Under the pieces are notes generated by a model that saw nothing but the letters and a program-made list of their open reading frames with translations, searched no databases and was not told where the DNA came from. DNA of 64,000 bases, from the IMG/VR virus record IMGVR_UViG_3300042553_000685. One strand, 5' to 3'. Positions 51,473 through 59,448 of this stretch are shown piece by piece (position 1 is the stretch's first letter; each line of letters begins with the position of its first letter). Origin of the DNA: a virus. The position numbers and the translations under genes are program-made.

Positions 51473-51690
51473 ATGTTGCACACAATAGGTCTAGCGCACC
51501 AACGTAACGGAGGATGTTTCCCTCCGTCCTACTCGCTGGCGGCGTCCACTAGAGTCAGAATTAACCTACCGCGCTTGACGTAACCGATGTCAAGTCTTGT
51601 ACATTTAGCCCTATCTTGTTTACTTGAAATGTCGGTTTGAAGGCTCTCGGTTTTACCGATGAGATGAAAAGCCGACCAGTATAGAACGGC
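51473..51690 (+). ncRNA. putative omega-RNA/right-end region of IS607 element B, and/or left end of the neighbouring IS605-type element
   Basis: Structured: ACGGAGG/CCTCCGT hairpin (about 51518-51540) and nested hairpin GTCGGTTT...AAAGCCGAC (about 51632-51677). Confidence 0.3.
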
Positions 51691-51699
51691 GAAGCACGA

Positions 51700-52119
51700 T
51701 TAATATTCTGGGGAGTCTTGGCTCTCCACATATTTTTTAAGTTGATCTATCGTAACGCCACCACAACTAGCCACAAAGTAAGCTCCTGTCCATAATACTC
51801 TCTTGTCTTTCCAGTAAATCTTCTTTAAATGGTCACTGTAGTTATCCCACAAAAGCTTGCTTGAAGTAGATTTCAAATTAGCAATTAACCCGCTTAGTAA
51901 TTTATGGGGGGGATAAGTTAAAAGAATGTGGACATGGTCAGACTCACCGCTAAACTCTACGATACTGGCATCCCATTTATCAGCAATAGACTTAAAAGCC
52001 TCATTTAAGAACTCTAAATGTTCTTTCTTGAATACTTTTCTCCGATATTTAGTCACCAACACTATATGAACAGTAAGATTAAACGTAGCCCTGCGGGTCT
52101 TAAAGTAATTGGGTTCCAT
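51700..52119 (-). CDS. tnpA: IS200/IS605 Y1 (HUH) transposase TnpA
   Basis: LTVHIVLVTKYRRKVF, SDHVHILL (HUH), TGAYFVASCGGVT (catalytic Tyr region); start set at MEPNYFK (52119). Confidence 0.9.
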   Translation of the reverse strand: MEPNYFKTRRATFNLTVHIVLVTKYRRKVFKKEHLEFLNEAFKSIADKWDASIVEFSGESDHVHILLTYPPHKLLSGLIANLKSTSSKLLWDNYSDHLKKIYWKDKRVLWTGAYFVASCGGVTIDQLKKYVESQDSPEY

Positions 52120-52184
52120 GCCTATTGACAACTTGTACGGTGAGATGATATAGTGATAACATAACACATTGAGAGGTCGGGTCA

Positions 52185-53366
52185 ATGCGAGTCATAGAGT
52201 TTAAGGTTAAAGTTACACAACAACAACAAATAGCTATCTTAGAAGCTATTAGAATAGGACAGTTCATTCGGAATAAGTGCATTAGACTCTGGATGGATTC
52301 TCACAGAGAAGATAAGGTAAATTATGCTTCTTTTTGCAAATTTGTAACAACGTTGAGTAATGATTCAGACACTCCGTTTGTAGGTAATCTTAACTCTATG
52401 GCTCGTCAAGCTAGTGCCGAAAGAGCTTGGTTTGCTATATCTCGTTTCTATGACAATTGTAAGAAAGGTTTAGCTCAAAAAGGCTACCCTAAATTCAAGA
52501 AGTTCTCAAGGTCTGTGGAGTACAAAACTTCTGGCTGGAAACTGTTAGAAGATAAAAAGTCTATCCACATAACAGATAAAACTGGAATTGGTAAGTTAAA
52601 GCTAGTTGGCTCTTATAATCGTGAAATTCTAGATAAGCCCCTAATCAAAAGAGTTAGGCTTATTAAAAGGGCTGACGGATTCTATTGTCAATTTGTCTTA
52701 GACCTTGAACGAGTAGAACTGCTTAATTCTACAGGAAAGGAAGTAGGGATTGATTTAGGTTTAAACCATTTCTTGACCGACTCTAATGGGGATAAAATTG
52801 ATAACCCTCGTTTCCTCCGTAAAGCCGAAAAACGACTGAAAAAGGCACAGCGTAAACTCTCCAAAAAGAAAAAGGGAAGCCAAAAAAGGTTAAAGCAGAA
52901 ATCTAAAGTAGCCCGCCTTCATTTAAAAGTTTCTAGACAACGTAAAGATTTTGCCGTTAAGACAGCAAAAGCGTTAATCCAATCTAACGATTTGGTAGTC
53001 TATGAGGATTTGAAGGTTTCTAATATGGTGAAAAACAGAAAACTTGCGAAATCAATTTCTGATGCAAGTTGGTCAATGTTCACCGATTGGTTAGACTACT
53101 TTGGAAAAATACACGGGAAGTTTGTGGTAGCGGTAAATCCACAATATACAAGTCAAGAGTGTTCTAATTGTGGTTCGATTGTCAAGAAAACATTGTCTGT
53201 AAGAACTCATATATGTTCTTGTGGTTGTGTTCTGGACAGAGATGAAAATGCCGCTATCAACATACTTCAAAAAGCAAGTACTGTCGGGCGGACAGAAATT
53301 CAAGCCCTCGGACAGACTACCCACTGTCTATTAGGTGAAAGCTTAATAGATAAGGTAACTGGATGA
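52185..53366 (+). CDS. tnpB: TnpB (IS605 OrfB family)
   Basis: GIDLGLNHFLTDS, VVYEDLKVSNM, NPQYTSQECSNCGSIVKKTLSVRTHICSCGCVLDRDENAAINI. Confidence 0.9.
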   Translation: MRVIEFKVKVTQQQQIAILEAIRIGQFIRNKCIRLWMDSHREDKVNYASFCKFVTTLSNDSDTPFVGNLNSMARQASAERAWFAISRFYDNCKKGLAQKGYPKFKKFSRSVEYKTSGWKLLEDKKSIHITDKTGIGKLKLVGSYNREILDKPLIKRVRLIKRADGFYCQFVLDLERVELLNSTGKEVGIDLGLNHFLTDSNGDKIDNPRFLRKAEKRLKKAQRKLSKKKKGSQKRLKQKSKVARLHLKVSRQRKDFAVKTAKALIQSNDLVVYEDLKVSNMVKNRKLAKSISDASWSMFTDWLDYFGKIHGKFVVAVNPQYTSQECSNCGSIVKKTLSVRTHICSCGCVLDRDENAAINILQKASTVGRTEIQALGQTTHCLLGESLIDKVTG

Positions 53367-53640
53367 ACAGGGAATCCCTCGCTTTTAGCGATGGGAGCGT
53401 CAATCAGTATTACTACTTAGCGGGGCACGGCGTGCGGAGGTGAAGCGTATGGGTTTACCCTGTTCCGCTCGAACTTCACGGCTCACTGTGTCTTTTAGTT
53501 TATAGATACCGGTCCCTCTCTGATGCCTACATCAATCAACTGATTAAGGCAAATGAGAGGGCGGTAAATAGGAGGTCATCGGTACCGCCGATAGGCGGTT
53601 TAAGGAACCTTAGCCATTCCTTCTACTATTATAGCACAGG
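53367..53640 (+). ncRNA. putative omega-RNA scaffold / right end of the IS605-type element
   Basis: Begins GGGAATCCCTCGCTTTTAGCGATGGGAGCGTCAAT (53370-53404), a hairpin directly after the tnpB stop; further stems downstream. Confidence 0.45.
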
Positions 53641-53728
53641 TTTTTAATTCTGGTGTAAAATATTTATCAGGCGGGGCCCCCTCTCAAATAAAGGGGGCTT
53701 CTCTACCACAAATACACAGGAGATAGCT

Positions 53729-53890
53729 ATGGAAGAGATTACCATAATTGAATTTTTAATTAATTCAATTAAAGAAGAAAAACCTTTGTATAGTAATGAA
53801 CAATGCTTAAATGTAGCTCTAGAGATAATCACAGCTAACTTTCCCATTTGTGCATCAAAATATTTCAAAGAAGAACCGTGGAAACTATAA
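53729..53890 (+). CDS. hypothetical 53-aa protein
   Basis: Hand translation MEEITIIEFLINSIKEEKPLYSNEQCLNVALEIITANFPICASKYFKEEPWKL; CAGGAG RBS; preferred over antisense ORF 53644..53973. Confidence 0.4.
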   Translation: MEEITIIEFLINSIKEEKPLYSNEQCLNVALEIITANFPICASKYFKEEPWKL

Positions 53891-53914
53891 CAACGGGGGT
53901 GGCCCCGTATTTTT

Positions 53915-55951
53915 ATGATTACTACAATTGATTTCCGTGATATCCAGGCTGCATGTATTAGGCAGTTAGACAATATGTGTAAGGATAAGCAGCCTTTATT
54001 TGTTGTCGACGTACCAGGAGATGTGCTCTGGCAGACCTACCTCGATGCCTTTCCCGCACACGAGCGACAGGCACATAACTGTATGGCCTGCCGACAATTC
54101 ATTAAGAAGGCGGGGGGCCTCGTTAAACCAGATGAGAATTATAATCTCATCAGTATGTGGAATGTAACTGTACCAGGTTACTTACAGGGAGTAGTTGATA
54201 AGCTCAATGCTCTAGTGACAGGAGCCAGCATTCGAGACACGTTCTTATTAAATCGTAGTGAATTGACCGTAGGGCACGCAAGTGACTTGCAGCGTCTAGA
54301 GGATGGCAGCACTATTAAGTGGCACCATCTATACTATAAGTTTCCTACGACCTATGCCTCCAATGATGCACATAGTGATCAGAGCGTTGCTCGTAATAAG
54401 AAGGCGGGCCTCAAGAGAGATCTAGAAGTTATCTCTATTGACTCAGTGAAAACTGTTCTCGAACTTATCAATCAAGGCATCTTATATCGCGGTAATGAGT
54501 TTAAGCTGCAGTTAACTAACTTTCTTGCCCTACAAGAGGCCAATCGCCAGAATCGCCTGCGTAATCCTAATTTTACTAAGGAGCAGCATGAAACCTTCTG
54601 CTGGGTCATGTCTGCTAAATTTAGCCATATCCGCAATACAGCCATCGGTACTCTGCTGACTGATATTAGTGAGGGACGCGATCTAGATAAGGCTGTTATA
54701 TCTTATGAGAGTAAGGTGGCTCCCGAGAACTATCGTCGTCCTACTGCCATCGTTACTGAAAATATGAAGGCTAGAGCCCGGGCTGACTTTCTCGCTATGG
54801 GCTTCAGTCAATCTAGTCTAGAACGTCGTCAGGCCACTATCGATGATGTCCCTATTGATCAGTGGTTATATGTTGATAGACTACCAAAAAGAATATACGA
54901 GACTGACTTCTTCGACAATATGCTTGTAGTCTCTCGCCCGCCTACGACTCCGCAGAATATTAGCTTCAGCGAGTTCCTTAGCAGCGTAGTGCCCCATATC
55001 ACATCTATGGAGATCCTATTTGAAGATGAGCTGATAAATAATTTAGTTACTATGACAGCTCCTGTAGATACGGATACCCCTAGCTTCTTCCAGTGGCCTA
55101 ATGGTATGGGCTGGAGCTACAATAATCAGTTAGCTGATAGTAGTCGTCAGCGTGTCAAGGCTGCTGGCGGTAAGATAGACGGGGCCCTGTGCTGCCGATT
55201 GATGTGGTATAATACTGATGACTTAGACCTTCATCTCGAGTGGAACGGCAATAGAATCTACTATGGAAGTAAGAAGGCCTGTGGCGGTGAGCTTGATGTA
55301 GATGCTAACGCCAGTACTTCTTCTCTAACTAATACCCCCGTTGAGAATATAGCATTTGCCAATAAGGCACCTAATGCTGAGTATCTATTGTCTGTTAATC
55401 AGTTTAATAGACGTAGTAGCGTTGATATCGGCTTCCAGGTGGACATCGAGACAGAGGGGGGCCAGTTCTACACCTTCACGTATAAAACCCTGATGCCTAC
55501 TGGAAAAACTGTAAACGTAGCTCGCTTCAGTATGGTTAATGGCGTGCTAAAATTAGATACAGATAGTGACTTACTTAAACCATCTAGTGCTACAGGCCGC
55601 TCTCTTACTACGTGGGGTATGGGCACTAATCAGTGGCAGAAGGTCCGTCTCATTACTACCAGTCCTAATCACTGGGGGGATACACAGCGCGGTAACCTAC
55701 ACTTCTTTATCTTCTTAGATAAGGCTGTACCCGAGGGGCCCATCCGTCCCTTCTTTAATGAATTTATTCGTGCTGATCTACTACTAGATCACAAGCGCGT
55801 GTTCGAGTTACTAGGTAGCATGGTACCAGTCAACAGTACGCCTAATGGACTTGCTGGCCTAGGCTTCTCTAGCACCACTCGCGCTAGTTTTACATGCCGC
55901 GTGGGGGGGGATAGCCCCACACGTAAACGTATTTTCAAAGTCACATTCTAG
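53915..55951 (+). CDS. large hypothetical protein (678 aa)
   Basis: ORF track; HNCMACRQFIKKAGGL near N-terminus; C-terminal beta-rich domain (RLMWYNTDDLDLHLEW); family not recognised. Confidence 0.65.
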   Translation: MITTIDFRDIQAACIRQLDNMCKDKQPLFVVDVPGDVLWQTYLDAFPAHERQAHNCMACRQFIKKAGGLVKPDENYNLISMWNVTVPGYLQGVVDKLNALVTGASIRDTFLLNRSELTVGHASDLQRLEDGSTIKWHHLYYKFPTTYASNDAHSDQSVARNKKAGLKRDLEVISIDSVKTVLELINQGILYRGNEFKLQLTNFLALQEANRQNRLRNPNFTKEQHETFCWVMSAKFSHIRNTAIGTLLTDISEGRDLDKAVISYESKVAPENYRRPTAIVTENMKARARADFLAMGFSQSSLERRQATIDDVPIDQWLYVDRLPKRIYETDFFDNMLVVSRPPTTPQNISFSEFLSSVVPHITSMEILFEDELINNLVTMTAPVDTDTPSFFQWPNGMGWSYNNQLADSSRQRVKAAGGKIDGALCCRLMWYNTDDLDLHLEWNGNRIYYGSKKACGGELDVDANASTSSLTNTPVENIAFANKAPNAEYLLSVNQFNRRSSVDIGFQVDIETEGGQFYTFTYKTLMPTGKTVNVARFSMVNGVLKLDTDSDLLKPSSATGRSLTTWGMGTNQWQKVRLITTSPNHWGDTQRGNLHFFIFLDKAVPEGPIRPFFNEFIRADLLLDHKRVFELLGSMVPVNSTPNGLAGLGFSSTTRASFTCRVGGDSPTRKRIFKVTF

Positions 55952-55958
55952 AGGAACT

Positions 55959-56372
55959 ATGGAACTCAATATCATTATTGGTGCTCTCGTTGGTCGGTAC
56001 CGCTTTCCCTCTGTTAGCGGTGACCTCACGCTTGAAGATTTATTCTGCCTTAACCTCAGGTCTAGATCAGCCAATACACCCTCTCTTAATAATGTTGCTA
56101 TTGAGCTTAACAAGCGTATCATAGCCTGCGGTGGCGTAGACTTCGTCGATGATAGCAACGAGATTATTATCTTACAAAGAAAGCTCGACATAGTCAAATT
56201 TGTCATTGCTCATGTTAAGAATCGTGCTGAGGCCACTAAGCAGGCTCTCGCTAGAGAAGAGAATCGGCAGAACTTACTGGCCCTCATTGAGCGTAAGAAG
56301 AATGATCTCCTCGCTGAAGAGAGTATCGAAGAATTAGAGCAGCGCCTCGCTGCCCTACAGAAGCCAAAGTAA
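55959..56372 (+). CDS. hypothetical coiled-coil protein (137 aa)
   Basis: ORF track; GAGGA RBS. Confidence 0.55.
   Translation: MELNIIIGALVGRYRFPSVSGDLTLEDLFCLNLRSRSANTPSLNNVAIELNKRIIACGGVDFVDDSNEIIILQRKLDIVKFVIAHVKNRAEATKQALAREENRQNLLALIERKKNDLLAEESIEELEQRLAALQKPK
56335..56372 (+). repeat. 38-nt direct repeat, copy 1 (3' end of 55959..56372)
   Basis: tagagcagcgcctcgctgccctacagaagccaaagtaa; 35/38 identical to 56807-56844. Confidence 0.85.
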
Positions 56373-56382
56373 TAGCTAAAGG

Positions 56383-56406
56383 ATGGGGTTTCAGCCCCAT
56401 TTTTCT
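56383..56406 (+). terminator. intrinsic terminator
   Basis: ATGGGG-tttcag-CCCCAT followed by TTTTCT. Confidence 0.6.
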
Positions 56407-56407
56407 G

Positions 56408-56809
56408 ATGATTAACGACAAACCACACTGGTACACAACAGAGTACCTCAACAGATTTAATATTCAACTACTAACAGAGTCCGATAAGTCCGAGGCAGAA
56501 GAAGATACGGTCATCTTCCACGGACCCTTTAAGACAGTAGAAGAAGCTATAGAGTTTGAGAAAGAAGTGCCTTATTGTACTTGGACTTGGGAGGAAGAGG
56601 GGACGACTTGGGAGGAAGAAGGGGCTTGGAATACCTCATGTGCCAACCAGTTTGTCGTTAACAACGGCACCCCTTCAGAGAACGGTATGGTTTACTGTTG
56701 TTACTGCGGTCGAAAGCTAAAGGAGGCCCGCCAGACGTCTGGAGGAGAGTGGTCTGAAGAAGATGACAATAACATTCACCTAGCTTTAAAGTTACTAACC
56801 AACACCTAG
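56408..56809 (+). CDS. hypothetical protein with C-terminal zinc-ribbon-like Cys pairs (133 aa)
   Basis: ORF track; SCANQF...YCCYCGRKL; bracketed by the 38-nt direct repeats. Confidence 0.5.
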   Translation: MINDKPHWYTTEYLNRFNIQLLTESDKSEAEEDTVIFHGPFKTVEEAIEFEKEVPYCTWTWEEEGTTWEEEGAWNTSCANQFVVNNGTPSENGMVYCCYCGRKLKEARQTSGGEWSEEDDNNIHLALKLLTNT

Positions 56810-56844
56810 AGTAGCGCCTCGCTGCCCTATAGAAGCCAAGGTAA
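56807..56844 (+). repeat. 38-nt direct repeat, copy 2
   Basis: tagagtagcgcctcgctgccctatagaagccaaggtaa. Confidence 0.85.
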
Positions 56845-56857
56845 GGTTAATTAATTG

Positions 56858-56877
56858 AGCCCAGCTCGAGCTGGGCT
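56858..56877. terminator. perfect 20-bp palindrome / hairpin
   Basis: AGCCCAGCTCGAGCTGGGCT. Confidence 0.5.
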
Positions 56878-56990
56878 AGAAACAGGAGCAGCACCGTCTA
56901 GATATTCCTCCCCTAGATGATGAATTTTTCAAGAATGCTAAACTGGTCAAACCAAATATACAAACAGAAGGCGATACAATCAAACCTATT

Positions 56991-57947
56991 ATGAAACTTA
57001 AAGGCAGTATTCGGTTATTTTTAGAAGGTTCAGAAGATGGATTCCAGCACCTAACAGATTTACATCAATCAGGGGAATTGCAGGCCCTCCTCAATGAACT
57101 TAAATCAGGAGTCGAGTTCACTACAGATGCAAAAGTTATTGAAAAAGTCGAATTAATTAAGGCAATTCGAGAAGGAACAATAGATAAAACAACTCTACAA
57201 CAAGTTAATTTGAGTGGGGCTGATCTGAGTGGGGCTGACCTGAGTGAGGCTGACCTGAGTGGAGCTTTCCTGAGAGAGGCTAACCTAAGTGGGGTTAACC
57301 TGAGTGGGGCTTACCTGAGTAGGGCTACTCTAAGTGGGGCTAACCTGAGTGGGGTTAACCTGAGTGGGGCTAACCTGAGTGGGGCTTACCTGAGTAAAGC
57401 TGACCTGAGTGGGGCTTACCTGAGTAAAGCTGACCTGAGGGGGGCTTTCCTAAGGGGGACTAACTTGAGAGAGGCTACTTTGAGTGAGGCTGACCTGAGT
57501 GGGGCTTGCCTGAGTGGGGCTGATCTGAGTGAGGCTTGCCTGAGTGGGGCTGATCTGAGTGAGGCTGACCTGAAGGGGGCTTTCCTAAGGGGGACTTACC
57601 TGAGAGAGGCTAACCTGAGTGGGGCTAACCTGAGTGGGGCTTGCCTGAGTGGGGCTGATCTGAGTGAGGCTTGCCTGAGTGGGGCTGATCTGAGTGAGGC
57701 TGACCTGAAGGGGGCTTTCCTAAGGGGGACTTACCTGAGAGAGGCTAACCTGAGTGGGGCTAACCTGAGTGGGGCTATTCTGAGTGGGGCTATTCTGAGA
57801 GGGGCTATCCTGAGAGAGGCTAACCTGAGAAGGGCTAACCTGAGAAGGGCTAACGTTAAAAACGCTATTTTTCCCGATGCAACGGGTATCACCCCTGAAC
57901 AAAAACAGGATTTAATTCGACGAGGGGCAATTTTTGCAGAGATTTAA
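56991..57947 (+). CDS. pentapeptide-repeat protein (318 aa)
   Basis: About 40 consecutive A(D/N)L(S/R)xA-type pentapeptides; N-domain shared with 34840 gene. Confidence 0.9.
   Translation: MKLKGSIRLFLEGSEDGFQHLTDLHQSGELQALLNELKSGVEFTTDAKVIEKVELIKAIREGTIDKTTLQQVNLSGADLSGADLSEADLSGAFLREANLSGVNLSGAYLSRATLSGANLSGVNLSGANLSGAYLSKADLSGAYLSKADLRGAFLRGTNLREATLSEADLSGACLSGADLSEACLSGADLSEADLKGAFLRGTYLREANLSGANLSGACLSGADLSEACLSGADLSEADLKGAFLRGTYLREANLSGANLSGAILSGAILRGAILREANLRRANLRRANVKNAIFPDATGITPEQKQDLIRRGAIFAEI
57501..57770 (+). repeat. perfect 135-bp tandem duplication inside the pentapeptide gene
   Basis: 57501-57635 and 57636-57770 read identically (45 codons each). Confidence 0.85.
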
Positions 57948-58057
57948 GTAGGGTTGGCTGAATAAATGTGTATAGACAAGGTAAGGGGTTTAGCGGCCTG
58001 TTTGACCAAGCAGCTGCAGGATTTTCAAGCTGGTGGCTCAAAAATCTTGTATCTTAA

Positions 58058-58186
58058 CCAACGGTCGCCCCCATACTTAATGTCTCTCTAAGTTTTATTG
58101 GTAAATGGAAAACTCAGTTTGAAGACCGAGGTATCCCTAGATTAAAATTATCATATCAAGGAACATCATGGAAAATTTGGGTCTGA
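58058..58186 (+). pseudogene. remnant of an IS630/Tc1-like transposase N-terminal HTH (about 42 codons)
   Basis: Frame translation PTVAPILNVSLSFIGKWKTQFEDRGIPRLKLSYQGTSWKIWV resembles the ..VS.s.v.kW...f...G...Lk....G N-termini of IS630-family transposases; bounded by stops. Confidence 0.35.
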
Positions 58187-58746
58187 AACCCCGTCCGTTT
58201 TACGGCGGTGAGGATGTCAAGGAAGAATTAAAGGCAATTTATAATGACAGGGTTGTATACGGACTAACTGATAACAGTAATGTGTATATCGACGCTGTGT
58301 CCTTAAAGGAGGTGCTTGATTGTAGTATTTACTCAGAGCTCATGAAGTCAAATAGACTATGGGTATCAGCAGATGATCTAGCTGTAATTCTAGAGGATAA
58401 TAATTGCCCTACGAATGATTTCGAGAAGTGGTTGATATCTATCCGCAACATGGACTTTGAAACCTACACATTAACTTACATCAATGATAAAAAGGTATAC
58501 TACAGATACGAGGGGCAGGAGCCAGTATTCTCCTTAAATAGTATCGTAGCCACTCATTATAATAGTAATGTTCGTTTTACTGACTGGCGAAATGGGGATA
58601 CGTATGAGTATAAGCCTGATGATAGTCGTGTGAGGTGGGTCTCTGCAGATGTAGCTCTTGAGTTGGCCCGCATGGTCGATTCTACGTTAGGCATCTGGCT
58701 GGAAGGATGTATCGGCGTTATGAGGAAAACCCCGTTTGATCTGTAG
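58168..58746 (+). CDS. hypothetical protein with two WVSAD-type (antirepressor/KilA-like) segments (192 aa; start uncertain)
   Basis: ORF track; RLWVSADDLAVILE and VRWVSADVALELARMV; the 5' end overlaps an IS remnant and a hairpin module. Confidence 0.5.
   Translation: MENLGLKPRPFYGGEDVKEELKAIYNDRVVYGLTDNSNVYIDAVSLKEVLDCSIYSELMKSNRLWVSADDLAVILEDNNCPTNDFEKWLISIRNMDFETYTLTYINDKKVYYRYEGQEPVFSLNSIVATHYNSNVRFTDWRNGDTYEYKPDDSRVRWVSADVALELARMVDSTLGIWLEGCIGVMRKTPFDL
58185..58221 (+). repeat. omega-RNA-5'-hairpin-like module, copy 1
   Basis: GAAACCCCGTCCGTTTTACGGCGGTGAGGATGTCAAG; same architecture as 53370-53404. Confidence 0.6.
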
Positions 58747-58783
58747 GGAATCGCCGTCCGTTTACGGCAGCGATGATATCAAG
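58746..58783 (+). repeat. omega-RNA-5'-hairpin-like module, copy 2
   Basis: GGGAATCGCCGTCCGTTTACGGCAGCGATGATATCAAG, directly after the stop of 58168..58746. Confidence 0.6.
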
Positions 58784-58870
58784 TGGTTTAATAAAGTCTT
58801 GATTCTATCCACATAAAGAATAATGGTTAATGGTAGGCTCTTCACTCCATAACCTGTAATCTAATAAACC

Positions 58871-59365
58871 ATGCCTAACATAAGAACTTACATCTTTAAT
58901 AGTACCGTAATACGGGTAATCATCAAATGTAAGCAACCCTGGTTTGTAAAGGACGACATACTAAATGTATTAGGCCTCCGTAGCACAGAGGCGCTAAATC
59001 CTAAGGAGTGTGCTACCTTTACTATTACTGATACTAGTGGTGCAAGGGATATACCTGTTATATCTCTGCCTGCTGTATATAGGCTTATCCATATACATAA
59101 GATAGATAAGACGAATAACCTTGCTCTGTTCCTGCGCCGCATAGAAGACATGGTGGTAGGGGACATGGTATTATCTGACGTCGTGCCTATTTATAAGACC
59201 ATTAGCTTATCTAGGTATCGGCGTCGCCCTTGTATTTATCTTGAGACTATTTTAATCCTTCTGATTACTATAGTTATATCGAGTTTACTCACGCCGCATA
59301 AACATACAATGATACGTGTACTTGATGCTATGTTGTTTGGAGATACGGTAGAGGCCCACAATTAG
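58871..59365 (+). CDS. Bro-N-domain protein with C-terminal TM segment (164 aa)
   Basis: IFNSTVIRVIIKCKQPWFVKDDILNVLGL...ISLPAVYRLIH resembles Bro-N; TM ILILLITIVISSLL. Confidence 0.6.
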   Translation: MPNIRTYIFNSTVIRVIIKCKQPWFVKDDILNVLGLRSTEALNPKECATFTITDTSGARDIPVISLPAVYRLIHIHKIDKTNNLALFLRRIEDMVVGDMVLSDVVPIYKTISLSRYRRRPCIYLETILILLITIVISSLLTPHKHTMIRVLDAMLFGDTVEAHN

Positions 59366-59448
59366 ATATAGAGCCCCGCGCGTTCCCTGGCTATACGATT
59401 AGTCTTGCAGCGCGCGTGAGCGGAGTGTTAATTTATTGAGATATAAAT

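Larger units (their letters stand above)
49700..51640 (+). mobile_element. second IS607-family element (tnpA + tnpB); ends not resolved
   Basis: tnpA/tnpB pair; composition break near 49640-49730; abuts an IS200/IS605-type element on the right. Confidence 0.6.
51641..53640. mobile_element. IS200/IS605-family element with divergent tnpA (Y1) and tnpB; ends approximate
   Basis: Divergent Y1 transposase and TnpB genes as in IS605; structured 3' region after tnpB. Confidence 0.65.

Noticed and set aside
53644-53973. 109-aa minus-strand ORF
   Set aside because: The translation looks implausible. It overlaps the start of the 678-aa gene and a better 53-aa plus-strand ORF that has an RBS.
57190-57860. 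Dense 15-nt periodic DNA repeats that could be mistaken for a non-coding tandem array or CRISPR
   Set aside because: The repeats are in frame and encode canonical pentapeptide repeats of an intact 318-aa ORF.
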